Assembly: GCA_045543195.1 (NCBI GenBank)
Contig: JAZQME010000020.1
Location: 28,637 to 92,636 of the forward strand
Length of the DNA stretch: 64,000 nucleotides
Direction of reading: 5' to 3'
Source of the DNA: Lachnospira sp.
Lineage (GTDB): Bacteria; Bacillota; Clostridia; Lachnospirales; Lachnospiraceae
The position numbers were made by a program, and so were the translations under genes. Below, piece after piece: positions 1 to 10,457 of this stretch. The notes under the pieces were generated by a model that saw nothing but the letters and a program-made list of their open reading frames with translations, was not told the origin of the DNA and searched no databases. Position 1 is the stretch's first letter; each line of letters starts with the position of its first letter.

Positions 1-63
1 AGACCTGACAAGCACCACTGCATCATCATAAAACCCCAAGTCCGCTATGTCTATATATATCAT
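1..63 (-). CDS. 5' end of an unidentified gene running off the window (MIYIDIADLGFYDDAVVLVRS...)
   Basis: ATG at 63..61 with AGGAG 7 nt upstream. The frame stays open to the window edge. Too short to assign a function. Confidence 0.25.
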   Translation of the reverse strand, partial: MIYIDIADLGFYDDAVVLVRS

Positions 64-117
64 ATCCGTTCTCCTGCATCACTTTACCGTAAACAACACT
101 GCTCTCTCCGTTCGCCG

Positions 118-747
118 TCACTGACAGTACGGATTATGCATTTTCTCATAATCAATAGACGTTTCATCACCATGTCCCGGAAGTACCCTTGTGTCTCCCG
201 GTAAAGCAAACAATTTCGTCTTTATGCTATTTACTATCTGACTCATACTACCGGTTGGAAAATCAGTTCTTCCAACCGATTCTGCGAATAACGTATCTCC
301 TGAAATAAGCGTATCACACTCTTTTATATAAAAACACATACTTCCCTTAGTATGCCCCGGAGTATGAAGTGCCTTAAACTTAATGCCTGCCACTTCATAT
401 TCCACACCATCCTTAAGATACTCATCTGCCTCCAATGTGATGGCACCTTCCCCCATAACTGCTGACAGATTATGTTGTGATGAACTTAGTATACTCTTTT
501 CTTCTTCACTGGCATAAATCTTAGCCCCACTCATATCCTTAAGCTCCTGCGCCGCAAGAATATGATCAAAGTGACCATGTGTAAGAAGAATACCTTCAAG
601 CTTACACTCTGCCTGCTCCACAACTCCATATATACCTTTAGCATGATCCGCAGGGTCAACTACCACACACTGCTTACTGTCTTCATTGACTATTATATAG
701 CAATTAGTCCCTACCATACCCAATACTGTGTGAAATATGTTAATCAC
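118..747 (-). CDS. MBL-fold metallo-hydrolase (hydroxyacylglutathione hydrolase-like)
   Basis: 209 aa with the THGHFDH metal-binding motif plus later HTPGHT and GDTLF ligand blocks. Lies directly downstream of relA. Confidence 0.8.
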   Translation of the reverse strand: MINIFHTVLGMVGTNCYIIVNEDSKQCVVVDPADHAKGIYGVVEQAECKLEGILLTHGHFDHILAAQELKDMSGAKIYASEEEKSILSSSQHNLSAVMGEGAITLEADEYLKDGVEYEVAGIKFKALHTPGHTKGSMCFYIKECDTLISGDTLFAESVGRTDFPTGSMSQIVNSIKTKLFALPGDTRVLPGHGDETSIDYEKMHNPYCQ

Positions 748-760
748 TCCGGCACCTCCA

Positions 761-3064
761 TCAGCCTGAAGTTCTTGAAATATCAGTTACTCCATCAATT
801 GCTCTGAACTTCTCCACAAGCTTTGTGAGCTCTTCTTTTCCATGAATCTCAAAACCGAGATTAATAATAGCCTCACCCTTCTTGTTTACACGGCTGTTCA
901 TAAATCTTAAATCAATATTGGCCTCTGTAAATATCCTTGAAATATCCACAATAAGACCTGAACGATTGTTGGCATAGATATTAACCTCTGCACTATACTT
1001 TTCACCTGCAGAAGTAGTCTGCTCCCACTCTGCATCAATAAGTCTTGCCCGTTCTGTAACAGGAAAATTGATTACATTGATACAATCTGTTCTGTGAATA
1101 GTGACACCTCTGCCCCTTGTAACAAAACCTATAATCTCATCTCCCGGAACCGGATTACAGCACCTCGAGAAACGCACCGCAACATCATGAACACCTTTTA
1201 CTGTAATTCCACCTTTATTATGCTTGTGCATCGTCTTTGCTTTAGTTTCTGTCTGTGCTATATCTTCAAGTATATCCTTATCGGTAACATCTACCTTCTT
1301 ACCCTTTTCAGCCTCTTCATAAAGCTTGTTAACTACTTGACCTTCCTTAAGACCACCATGACCTATAGACGCAAGAAGAGACTCCCAATCCTTAAAACCA
1401 TACTTATTCATAGCTTTCTCAATAAGTTCCGGCTTTAACAGGTCTGACATAACATAACCCTTACTCTTGCAGTAACTTGCTATAAGTTCCTTACCCTTGG
1501 TTATATTATCTTCTTTAAGCTCCTGCTTAAACCACTGATTAATCTTATTGCGTGCCTGAGTACTCTTAACTATACTTAACCAGTCACGGCTTGGTCCCTT
1601 AGCATTGCCAGATGTGATAATCTCTACTCTGTCACCGCTCTTTAACTGATAATCAATAGTTACAAGCCTGCCGTTAACTCTTGCTCCCACCATCTTGTTA
1701 CCTACTGCACTATGAATACTGTAAGCAAAATCAATCGGACATGAACCCGCAGGAAGATTCTTAACATCTCCTGTCGGTGTAAAGCAATATATATTATCTG
1801 AAAACAGGTTCAAGTCGTTCTTAATAGAAGATAAGAACTCCTTGTTATCTGACATTTCCTTCTGCCACTCGAGCATCTGACGAAGCCAGCTAAGCTTTGC
1901 CTCCTCGCTCTCTCCTGCTCCCGGCTTGCCCTTTGCCCCTTCCTTGTACTTCCAGTGAGCAGCAATACCGTATTCAGCAGTTTTGTGCATATCATAAGTT
2001 CTAATCTGAACTTCAAATGGCTGACCATTAGATGCAATAAGCGTTGTATGCAAAGACTGATACATATTCGGCTTTGGCATAGCAATATAATCCTTGAAAC
2101 GTCCCGGAATCGGCTTGTACATCTCATGAATCACACCCAACGCTGCATAACAGTCCTTAACAGACTCAACCTTAATGCGAACTGCAAATATATCATATAT
2201 CTGGTCCAGTGTCTTATTCTGGTTAACCATCTTTCTGTAAATAGAGAAGAAATGCTTTACACGACCATCAATCTCAGCCTCAATACCGGCATCATGGATA
2301 TGCATTCCTACTTCTTTAATCATACTTTTTATAAATGCTTCTCTACCCGGACGATTAAGATTCACCTGCTCCACCAAATCATTGTACACCTCTGGCATGA
2401 GGTACTTCATAGCCCAGTCATCAAGCTCTACTTTTATCTTAGAAATACCGAGTCTGTGAGCGAGAGGAGCATATATCTCCATAGTCTCTCTTGACTTTTC
2501 AATCTGCTTGTGCGGCGACTGATACTGCATAGTACGCATATTATGCAAACGGTCAGCAAGCTTAATCATAATAACTCTGATATCCTTTGCCATAGCAAGG
2601 AACATTTTTCTAAGGTTCTCTGCCTGAACATCAATCTTATCATGCTGGAAATTGAGCTGAGTAAGCTTTGTAACACCATCAACAAGCAGTGCAACCTCTG
2701 CTCCAAACTCTCTTGTTATATCTTCCTCAGACATAACTGTATCTTCAACCACGTCATGAAGAATACCAGCCACAATAGTTTCCTTATCAAGTTCAAGCTC
2801 CGCCAAAATAAGAGCTACGCAAAGAGGATGTATAATATACGGCTCCCCTGATTTACGCAGCTGTCCCTCATGGGCATCTCTGGCTATGCTATATGCTTTT
2901 TCTATATCAGAAAAATCTGTTGACGGGTGGTAAGACTTTATAGTCTCAATAAGCTTATCATAAAGCACCTCCGGACTTGTAAAGTCCGCAGGTGTACTTA
3001 ACTGCATACTAACTGTATGATCTGCTATCTTAATACCACTTTCCTTAGAATCCTTCTCCGGCAT
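761..3064 (-). CDS. relA: bifunctional (p)ppGpp synthetase/hydrolase (RelA/SpoT family, Rel)
   Basis: 767 aa with the HD hydrolase motif ILHDVVEDT, a synthetase core ending GIAAHWKYKEG, and TGS-like and ACT-like C-terminal regions. Confidence 0.95.
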   Translation of the reverse strand: MPEKDSKESGIKIADHTVSMQLSTPADFTSPEVLYDKLIETIKSYHPSTDFSDIEKAYSIARDAHEGQLRKSGEPYIIHPLCVALILAELELDKETIVAGILHDVVEDTVMSEEDITREFGAEVALLVDGVTKLTQLNFQHDKIDVQAENLRKMFLAMAKDIRVIMIKLADRLHNMRTMQYQSPHKQIEKSRETMEIYAPLAHRLGISKIKVELDDWAMKYLMPEVYNDLVEQVNLNRPGREAFIKSMIKEVGMHIHDAGIEAEIDGRVKHFFSIYRKMVNQNKTLDQIYDIFAVRIKVESVKDCYAALGVIHEMYKPIPGRFKDYIAMPKPNMYQSLHTTLIASNGQPFEVQIRTYDMHKTAEYGIAAHWKYKEGAKGKPGAGESEEAKLSWLRQMLEWQKEMSDNKEFLSSIKNDLNLFSDNIYCFTPTGDVKNLPAGSCPIDFAYSIHSAVGNKMVGARVNGRLVTIDYQLKSGDRVEIITSGNAKGPSRDWLSIVKSTQARNKINQWFKQELKEDNITKGKELIASYCKSKGYVMSDLLKPELIEKAMNKYGFKDWESLLASIGHGGLKEGQVVNKLYEEAEKGKKVDVTDKDILEDIAQTETKAKTMHKHNKGGITVKGVHDVAVRFSRCCNPVPGDEIIGFVTRGRGVTIHRTDCINVINFPVTERARLIDAEWEQTTSAGEKYSAEVNIYANNRSGLIVDISRIFTEANIDLRFMNSRVNKKGEAIINLGFEIHGKEELTKLVEKFRAIDGVTDISRTSG

Positions 3065-3133
3065 ATACTACCTCCGCACAAAATGTATCTAATGTCTGTA
3101 ACTGTACTTAACCTAATCTCTTAGTCCATTAAC

Positions 3134-3970
3134 TTACACTGATGCGTAAGTTCTCTCCATAAACTCCCTTGTTGCTACAGCATTATCAGGAACTGTGTTC
3201 TCAAGCGTACAGTGAACGTATGGCTTATACTGCTTAACAAGCTTCAAAAGTAATGGATAATTAAGACTTCCTGTTCCTGCTGCAATAGACTTAAGCTCGT
3301 CACCTTCAACTACATAATCCTTGCAATGAACTACGGCAATATCATCTCCCAAAAGCTCAAAGGCTTTCTGTATAATTTCATCCTGCTGAGGAAGATTCTC
3401 AACACACAAAAGATTAACCGGGTCAAATATAATCTGAAGGTTAGGTGAATCAATAGCATCAAGCACCTTTCTTGCTCTCTCAACAGTGCATACAATATGT
3501 TTCCAAACCGGTTCAATAGCGAAGATTACACCAAACTGCTCTGCATACTTAACAATCGGTCTGAGATTCTCAATAAATATACCCAGAGCTTCCTCGCTGT
3601 GGTTAGCAGGTTCATACTTATATTCCTCATTAACAGCACCAGTCTCTGTACCTACAACACCACATCCAAGTATACTTGCAAATCTGATATGGGCTTTGTA
3701 CTTTTCCACAATCTTAGCATGCTGTTCCTTGTTAGGATTGCAAAGGTTCAGATAACAACCAAGCACTGCAACATCTACTTTATTCTCTGCACAAAGTTCC
3801 TTCATATACATAGCAAGACCTGGAGTCATAGTACTTATCTCAGGCTTAAACTCCTTAATCGACTTACTAAGTGCTATATGCATACAATGAAATCCCTGAT
3901 TGTGAATATTAGGGATTAATTCCTCAAGGGGTGCATATTTTACATCATGTGCTCTAATTCCAATTCTCAT
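3134..3970 (-). CDS. sugar phosphate isomerase/epimerase (xylose isomerase-like TIM barrel)
   Basis: 278 aa. Starts MRIGIRAHD, has alternating beta/alpha segments and conserved E/D/H positions typical of the AP_endonuc_2 fold. Family-level call only. Confidence 0.55.
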   Translation of the reverse strand: MRIGIRAHDVKYAPLEELIPNIHNQGFHCMHIALSKSIKEFKPEISTMTPGLAMYMKELCAENKVDVAVLGCYLNLCNPNKEQHAKIVEKYKAHIRFASILGCGVVGTETGAVNEEYKYEPANHSEEALGIFIENLRPIVKYAEQFGVIFAIEPVWKHIVCTVERARKVLDAIDSPNLQIIFDPVNLLCVENLPQQDEIIQKAFELLGDDIAVVHCKDYVVEGDELKSIAAGTGSLNYPLLLKLVKQYKPYVHCTLENTVPDNAVATREFMERTYASV

Positions 3971-4194
3971 AAATCCTCCATTCCTATTGCATCCCCAACA
4001 ATATACAAATATATTCTTAATGATACTACGTTTTTCACCTAAAAGGCAAGTATATATTACAAAATAATGCTTGAATTATATGCAAATTAACCACCTTAAA
4101 ACAACAAAAACTTCTTAATTTAATCTGGTCAATAACACGCAGCTAAACTAAGAAGTTTATTGTTATATTTTATTATTATATTACCTTATAAACA

Positions 4195-6570
4195 TTAGCG
4201 GAGTCCACTATCCACCAATGCCTTGTAATATGTAATAAGTGGTATGAAACTCTGTGCAAAATTCTTTGTACTTCCTCCTGCACCAATAACCGCATCATCA
4301 ATAATCTGCTTTGCTCCAAGTGCTGACGGTGCCTCTGCTGCTATAGCCTTATCAAATGTCTTGATACCCGGCTCAAGATACTTAGCATCACCTGTAAGCT
4401 CATAGGCGATAGTAAGTGCCTCTAAGAGCAATGTATTATTTCCAAGTCTTTGAAGGCTTGGAAGTTCCTTATAATAGAACAAACCGTTAGGAAGCATACA
4501 ATTCTCAACCAAATCATCAACAGCTCTTATAATCATAGCTTTTATATCTTCTCTAGGGAATTCTCTGTAATATCTCATTACACTTCCTATAGCTACTGAA
4601 ATCATAAAGCCTACTCTGATTGTTGTATTATCGGTATACGGAGCTAACCAGTTCCCATACTGTGCTTCCCACACCTTAAAGCTGTTTATAATCCATTCAC
4701 ACTTACTAAGCCACTTTTCATCTCTTGTCTCTATATAAAGTGCTGTAAGCGAACGCAATGCCCAGCCTGTCTCTCGCGCATTAGCCTCTCCTGCATGAGC
4801 ATACATAGGAGTGTCCAGAAGACGAAGCACATTCTCACCTATGCCAATTGCAGTCTCATAAGCTCTTTCATCTCCCGAGAAATGATAATAGTCAAACAAA
4901 CCTTCAACCCACTCATGTGAGCATACCATAATTCCATCCTTGCAGTGACCTGCAGTATGCTCCCACTGTCCACCTATTCTCAACGGATTCTTGCTATAGT
5001 GGCACACATCAACATCCATCCAGTGCTGTGCCGATGCAAAAAGGTAATCAAGAAATCTTCTTACACCGGTTCTTGCGTACTGTAATGCACAAGAATGCGG
5101 GTAATCGTATTCATTATTGCACCATACCGGCTTACCATTACCGCGTCCCTGTCTTGTATAATTAGGATCCCACGAATCACCCCAGTTAAGCATACCATAG
5201 CATCTAGAATGACCATCTGCCTTACCTATAAGTGAAATCTCAACATCATCATCAAGCTTTGTAGGGAACACGTCTAACATAACCTGAGCTTCTCTAAATA
5301 TATCAGGTGAAATATACGGACGATCCGGCATCTGATATATAAGACTTCTGTTGTCAAGCTCCAATATACTTTCATCAGCACTGTGGAAATGCATAAGAAA
5401 ACGCTGCTCTCTCGCCATACCCGGTTGCATAACCACCTGTCCAATACCTTCCGGTACAAGCATAACTGCCACACCATCTTTATCTGACTTCAATGCTTTA
5501 GGATAGTTCTGTTGTGCCTGGAATACAGTTATACACAAACCGCCTTCCTCATCAGTTCTGTCTGCCATAAATGTTCCATAAAGAACCTCTGCGAAATGCT
5601 CATTGGCCTCCTTCGCAAGGAATTCGGCATCTATGTACTTATTAACCTCTGTACCATCTTTACCAACATAAAAATCAGTCTTATAGTTAGAGCTTCCAAC
5701 CAATGTTCTCACTGCCTGTACAGGAGTTTTTTGTTCTATCATATCAAGTTCACTGATTCCTCTTGTATGGAATACCGGCCCATCACAGTCAGAGTTATCT
5801 GTAGGTGCATCACCGCATCCTGTAGAATCATTGTGAACCTCTATCTGCATAGTTGCAAGCTTATCTGTAAGTGCACTTTCCGGTGTTGCCTTTGCATAGA
5901 ACACAAGGGACTCTATAGCAAGCTCATCATCGCTTGTATTAATGATTCTATATCCTACCTCAATCCAAGGCTTTCCTGCATAAGCTGTAATCCTTACCTC
6001 AAAGTCAATATTCTTTGATTCACCACTAACATTATCAGTAACTACGTTAGAGCCCTTTCCTGAAAGTATAGCACATACCTGTCCTGACTCAACAACACTC
6101 CACTTATGAATACGGCATTCATATGAATTACCTGCCTTATCTTTAAGATATGGTCCCTCAAAATGTTCTCTTGTATAGAGCTTATTGCCATCATCTACCA
6201 TATCAAATATTCCATCAGAATCATTCTTTACAGCAAATGTCAATCCTTGTGCATTAACAAAGTATCCGTCACCGGTATCCTCCACCACTACATCAGGAGC
6301 ATCACTTTTAAAAACTGTATTAAATGTACAATCCAACGCAACACTTTTATTAGCCGGCAAATCCGCCATAAACCTAAGGAACATATAACGGATAGAACCA
6401 TCCTTATGTCTTGATGTTACCTTAGCCTGCAAAGGAACTGCTTTCCCTTCCTGCAATATAGCTACATCATCAAGAGACATAAGTTTTCCTTCCTTAACAG
6501 GAATGGCCACACTGCATGGTTCTGCAATTCTTGGATATCTGTAAAGCTTATCAAAGTAAATCTTTATCAT
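4195..6570 (-). CDS. large cytoplasmic protein, possibly a YetA/PcRGLX-like beta-sandwich plus (alpha/alpha) toroid carbohydrate-active enzyme
   Basis: About 791 aa from the ATG at 6570 (GAGAGGTG Shine-Dalgarno upstream). No signal peptide. The W/H/E-rich C-terminal half (NNEYDYPHSCALQYARTG, HWMDVDVCHY, WEHTAGHC) resembles toroid glycosidases/lyases. Assignment is from memory only. Confidence 0.3.
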   Translation of the reverse strand: MIKIYFDKLYRYPRIAEPCSVAIPVKEGKLMSLDDVAILQEGKAVPLQAKVTSRHKDGSIRYMFLRFMADLPANKSVALDCTFNTVFKSDAPDVVVEDTGDGYFVNAQGLTFAVKNDSDGIFDMVDDGNKLYTREHFEGPYLKDKAGNSYECRIHKWSVVESGQVCAILSGKGSNVVTDNVSGESKNIDFEVRITAYAGKPWIEVGYRIINTSDDELAIESLVFYAKATPESALTDKLATMQIEVHNDSTGCGDAPTDNSDCDGPVFHTRGISELDMIEQKTPVQAVRTLVGSSNYKTDFYVGKDGTEVNKYIDAEFLAKEANEHFAEVLYGTFMADRTDEEGGLCITVFQAQQNYPKALKSDKDGVAVMLVPEGIGQVVMQPGMAREQRFLMHFHSADESILELDNRSLIYQMPDRPYISPDIFREAQVMLDVFPTKLDDDVEISLIGKADGHSRCYGMLNWGDSWDPNYTRQGRGNGKPVWCNNEYDYPHSCALQYARTGVRRFLDYLFASAQHWMDVDVCHYSKNPLRIGGQWEHTAGHCKDGIMVCSHEWVEGLFDYYHFSGDERAYETAIGIGENVLRLLDTPMYAHAGEANARETGWALRSLTALYIETRDEKWLSKCEWIINSFKVWEAQYGNWLAPYTDNTTIRVGFMISVAIGSVMRYYREFPREDIKAMIIRAVDDLVENCMLPNGLFYYKELPSLQRLGNNTLLLEALTIAYELTGDAKYLEPGIKTFDKAIAAEAPSALGAKQIIDDAVIGAGGSTKNFAQSFIPLITYYKALVDSGLR

Positions 6571-6752
6571 AGACGCACCTCTCACAACATGTATTTAAAT
6601 CGTTTCACAATTTAACCTATTGTAGTCATTATATCATATATTCAGTAAATTTCCACTGAAACATCACACTTATATAACAAAAGTACTGAAAATTAATCTA
6701 CAAATTTTTATTATATTCTGTTATAATGTTTTCAGAACATTGTAGAAAGGAT

Positions 6753-7289
6753 ATGCCTATGAATTATGCCGAGATAAAATATAATGATGTAGCCAACGGC
6801 CCGGGTGTTCGCACCACACTATTTGTAAGTGGCTGCACTCACAAGTGTAAAGGTTGCTTCAACCAAATTGCATGGGACTTCAATTATGGAAAAGAATTTA
6901 CAGAAAAAACAATTAATGACATTATTGAATCTTTAAAGCCTGATTACGTTACGGGCTTAACACTACTTGGCGGCGAACCATTTGAGCATTCCAATCAAAA
7001 AGGACTGTTACCACTTCTTCGCAAGGTTAAAGAACTTTTTCCAAACAAAACCATCTGGTGTTTCTCAGGATATCTTTTCGATAGAGAGATTCTTGATGAT
7101 ATGTGCAACAAGTGGTCCGAAACCAAAGAAATGCTTTCGTATATAGACGTTTTAGTTGACGGCCGATTTATTGAAGAACAAAAGAACCTTATGCTTCAGT
7201 TTAAGGGTAGCGAAAATCAACGCACAATTATGGTGCAGGAATCCCTAAAAAAAGGTGAAGTGGTTCTATGGAACCCGGCAAATGAATAG
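6753..7289 (+). CDS. nrdG: anaerobic ribonucleoside-triphosphate reductase activating protein (radical SAM)
   Basis: CTHKCKGCFN CxxxCxxC cluster motif, N-terminal YNDVANGPGVR, and GGEP motif. The ATG at 6753 follows an AGAAAGGA Shine-Dalgarno. Confidence 0.85.
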   Translation: MPMNYAEIKYNDVANGPGVRTTLFVSGCTHKCKGCFNQIAWDFNYGKEFTEKTINDIIESLKPDYVTGLTLLGGEPFEHSNQKGLLPLLRKVKELFPNKTIWCFSGYLFDREILDDMCNKWSETKEMLSYIDVLVDGRFIEEQKNLMLQFKGSENQRTIMVQESLKKGEVVLWNPANE

Positions 7290-7324
7290 CATTTTTTTAC
7301 AAACAACATGAAAAGGAGTTAATT

Positions 7325-7768
7325 ATGACACAGACAGTTAAATTAAAGAAATTATTACCTAACGCAATTGTGCCAACTTATGGCACAGAATTTTCAGCCG
7401 GGGCAGATTTGTATGCTGCTATGGAAACTGATGTAATTATTGAACCTGGTTGTACCCAGTTTATTCATACAGGTATTGCTATGGAGATTCCAACTGGTCT
7501 TGTAGGACTTGTGTATGCCAGAAGCGGTATGGCTTGTAAGAAAGGCGTTGCCCCAGCTAATAAAGTAGGTGTAATCGACTCTGACTACCGCGGTGAGATT
7601 ATGGTAGCTCTTCACAATCATTCCAACGCAGCTGTTACAGTTGCTCCCGGAGAGAGAATCGCTCAGATTGTCCTTGCACCTTACATCACAGCGGCATTTG
7701 AAGAAGTTGAGTCTTTAGAAGATTCTGTAAGAGGCGAGGGCGGATTTGGCTCTACCGGTACTAAGTAA
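7325..7768 (+). CDS. dut: dUTP diphosphatase
   Basis: 147 aa with all dUTPase motifs: AGADL, ARSG, GVIDSDYRGEI, GERIAQ, RGEGGFGSTG. Confidence 0.95.
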   Translation: MTQTVKLKKLLPNAIVPTYGTEFSAGADLYAAMETDVIIEPGCTQFIHTGIAMEIPTGLVGLVYARSGMACKKGVAPANKVGVIDSDYRGEIMVALHNHSNAAVTVAPGERIAQIVLAPYITAAFEEVESLEDSVRGEGGFGSTGTK

Positions 7769-7853
7769 TACAACTAAGTAATAATACGATTAAGTAATAA
7801 CACAGCAAATATCTCTACAATTACATAGCCCACACAGGAAAGGGGGATTGCTT

Positions 7854-8558
7854 ATGTTTTTAGAAAACTTACCAATTCTTAGCGAACTTAACATAGTTTC
7901 AATAAGCGTCAGAATACTATTAGCACTTATACTTGGTGGTCTTCTTGGAATAGAACGTGAACAGAAACAACGGCCGGCCGGTTTTAGAACTTACATAATC
8001 GTATGCTTAGGCGCAACTCTTGCCAGTATAACAAACATATATATGTGCGAATATTTAGGTGCCGGAGATCCTGCCAGACTCCCTGCTCAGGTTATCAGCG
8101 GCATCGGTTTCTTAGGCGCAGGAACCATATTGGTAACACGCAACAACCATATTAAGGGCTTAACCACTGCAGCAGGTCTTTGGTGTTGTGCTACTATCGG
8201 TATTGCTGTTGGAACCGGTTTTTACTCTGGTGCCATTATCTGTGGAGTCATTATTGTATTCTCTTTGAGAATACTAACAATGGTAGACAAAGCATTTAAT
8301 AAGTACAGAAAGTATATCAGCTTGTATGTTGAATTTTCTGATTCTTATTTCACAAGTGCATTATTGGAATATTGTCATGAAAAAAACTATGAAATATTGG
8401 ATCTTGACCTATTCCCATCCAAAAAATCTACAACTGACGCAATATCAGGAACAGCAACATTTACCATAAAGCTCCCTAATGCATCTCTTAGGAAGGAATT
8501 AATTAAAGAATTACACGATATTGAATACATTGTATCTTTACAGGAATTCAAACAATAA
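7854..8558 (+). CDS. MgtC/SapB family membrane protein
   Basis: GIEREQKQRPAGFRTY signature and four or five TM helices followed by a soluble ACT-like C-terminal domain. The ATG at 7854 lies 7 nt after AAAGGGGGA. Confidence 0.85.
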   Translation: MFLENLPILSELNIVSISVRILLALILGGLLGIEREQKQRPAGFRTYIIVCLGATLASITNIYMCEYLGAGDPARLPAQVISGIGFLGAGTILVTRNNHIKGLTTAAGLWCCATIGIAVGTGFYSGAIICGVIIVFSLRILTMVDKAFNKYRKYISLYVEFSDSYFTSALLEYCHEKNYEILDLDLFPSKKSTTDAISGTATFTIKLPNASLRKELIKELHDIEYIVSLQEFKQ

Positions 8559-8564
8559 GACAAC

Positions 8565-8591
8565 AAATCCCCCGGAAAAACCGGGGGATTT
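8565..8591. terminator. bidirectional intrinsic terminator between convergent genes
   Basis: Perfect hairpin AAATCCCCCGG-AAAAA-CCGGGGGATTT flanked by A/T runs. Confidence 0.8.
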
Positions 8592-8595
8592 AATA

Positions 8596-9651
8596 TTATT
8601 CATTAGTAAACTTTACAACAGCATTGTCAATAACAAATGCCTGTGCCTTTTCATAAAGCATAGTTTTAACTATCTCGTTCTTACCATACTTTTCAACAAA
8701 TGCATCCTTATCTGTATAACCCTGTGCTGACGCAAAACCTACAAGCTTATCCTTGTACTCATACTCTGTTACGCTAAGATCTTCTGTTTTAGCAACAAGC
8801 TGAATAACTGCATCCTGTACAACTGACTTCTTTACGAACTCGTCAAATGTCATTCCATAGTTTTTCTCACAATACTGATCATTAGTCATATTGAGCATCA
8901 ATGCATACATCTTAATTGACTTTTCATACTCTGCTGTCTTCTTAGCAAGAAAATCCTCCGGATATCCGCTAACTTTTGCGTCGTCAGATAACTTCTTAAG
9001 AACAAGCTCTTTCTTAAGCGCAGCAACCTCTTCATCTACCTTAGATGAAAGATTTCTTTTAAGGGTCTCCTTGTACTGCGCTACAGTATCAATCGAAAAT
9101 GCATCCTTTACAAATGCATCTGTAATCATCGGTGTACTTGGATGCTCTACCTTAGTAACCGAAATCTCATATACAATTCTCTTACCTGCGTAATCAACAT
9201 TATCTTCGAAATCCTCTGGAACTGTAAGTGTTACAATCTTTGAATCTCCCTTTTTCATTCCAATCAATTCATCCAAAAAGCCTTCGATTAGGAATGTATC
9301 TGTGCCAAGCACAAACTGATCATCCTTACCGCTGAAACCATCAATAGACTCTCCGCCAATGCTTCCTGTATAAGTTACTGTAACTCTGTCTTTTGTGGCA
9401 GCCTCACCACTTACTTCCGAATACTCAGTATACTTAGCCATATCTTCTTCTATCTTCTCAGAGACAATTCTATCTTCAATAGCTGTTCTGTCAATAGATA
9501 CCTCTATTCCCTTGTATGTTCCCAATGTAACATATTCAGCGGCATCATAATCATATGTAACTTTAATCTTGTTGTTACATGCTGTAAGAGTACCAAGCAT
9601 AGTAACAACAGTCAAACCTACAAGAACTTTCTTTAATATATTCTTTTTCAT
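8596..9651 (-). CDS. trigger-factor-like FKBP-type peptidyl-prolyl isomerase lipoprotein
   Basis: Signal peptide with lipobox LGTLTAC. The PPIase block DRVTVTYTGSIGGESIDGF...FLIEGFLDELIGMKKGD resembles the trigger factor PPIase domain. Start taken at MKKNILKK. Confidence 0.6.
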   Translation of the reverse strand: MKKNILKKVLVGLTVVTMLGTLTACNNKIKVTYDYDAAEYVTLGTYKGIEVSIDRTAIEDRIVSEKIEEDMAKYTEYSEVSGEAATKDRVTVTYTGSIGGESIDGFSGKDDQFVLGTDTFLIEGFLDELIGMKKGDSKIVTLTVPEDFEDNVDYAGKRIVYEISVTKVEHPSTPMITDAFVKDAFSIDTVAQYKETLKRNLSSKVDEEVAALKKELVLKKLSDDAKVSGYPEDFLAKKTAEYEKSIKMYALMLNMTNDQYCEKNYGMTFDEFVKKSVVQDAVIQLVAKTEDLSVTEYEYKDKLVGFASAQGYTDKDAFVEKYGKNEIVKTMLYEKAQAFVIDNAVVKFTNE

Positions 9652-9766
9652 AAATTCATGACTTCCCTTCGCATAATACATATGCATGCCCACATTGGCA
9701 CACCTTATATATATAACATATTTGAGGCTTTTTTCATAGTACTTTATAAAAATTTCATACTATTTT

Positions 9767-9797
9767 CAAAAAATGCCCTCGCATACACGAGGGCATT
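9767..9797 (-). terminator. intrinsic terminator after rplT
   Basis: Minus strand reads AATGCCCTCG-loop-CGAGGGCATTTTTT. Confidence 0.75.
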
Positions 9798-9827
9798 AAC
9801 TATCTTACAATTAAGTACTTAGTTTAA

Positions 9828-10184
9828 TTATGCAAGCTTTGACTTTGCAAGCTCTGCAAGCTTTGCAAAACCTTCTGCATCGTTGATAGCCATTTCTGAC
9901 AATACCTTTCTGTTAAGGTCAACGTTAGCACTCTTCAAGCCATACATAAACTTGCTATATGATAAACCATTGATTCTTGCAGCAGCGTTAATTCTTGCAA
10001 TCCACAACTGTCTGAACTGTCTCTTTCTCTGCTTTCTACCAGCATAAGACTCTGTAAGAGCTCTCATAACTGACTGCTTAGCAATTCTATACTGCTTAGA
10101 TCTAGCACCTCTATAACCCTTAGCGAGCTTTAATACTCTGTTATGCTTCTTCTTTGCGTTCATTCCGCCTTTAATTCTTGCCAT
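9828..10184 (-). CDS. rplT: 50S ribosomal protein L20
   Basis: 118 aa, starts MARIKGG, highly basic, canonical L20 sequence. Third gene of infC-rpmI-rplT. Confidence 0.97.
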   Translation of the reverse strand: MARIKGGMNAKKKHNRVLKLAKGYRGARSKQYRIAKQSVMRALTESYAGRKQRKRQFRQLWIARINAAARINGLSYSKFMYGLKSANVDLNRKVLSEMAINDAEGFAKLAELAKSKLA

Positions 10185-10215
10185 CTTATATTTCCTCCTT
10201 TACCATATGCCCTAA

Positions 10216-10413
10216 TTAGATATATGGCATAATCTTCTTCATTGCCTTAACATTAGTTGCATCTGTCATAGTTGCGTGTCTCAAGTTTCTCTTTCTCTTT
10301 GTAGACTTCTTTGTGAGGATGTGACTCTTATAAGCCTTCATTCTCTTTAACTTACCTGTGCCTGTAGCCTTAAAACGCTTAGCAGCTGCTTTTTTTGTCT
10401 TTACCTTAAGCAT
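10216..10413 (-). CDS. rpmI: 50S ribosomal protein L35
   Basis: 65 aa basic protein ([15 protein letters not shown]...) between infC and rplT. Confidence 0.95.
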   Translation of the reverse strand: MLKVKTKKAAAKRFKATGTGKLKRMKAYKSHILTKKSTKRKRNLRHATMTDATNVKAMKKIMPYI

Positions 10414-10457
10414 AATGGACCTCCTAATAATTCATCTTGGTTTTATTGTAATTTATT

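Noticed and set aside
1094-2851. Several 100-180-aa plus-strand ORFs inside relA, with similar antisense ORFs inside rho, the MCP gene, addA/addB, the 796-aa gene and others
   Set aside because: They lie entirely antisense to long, well-supported genes. They are rich in Leu/Ser/Ile/Cys as expected from reverse-complemented AT-rich coding sequence, and they lack Shine-Dalgarno sequences and recognisable motifs.
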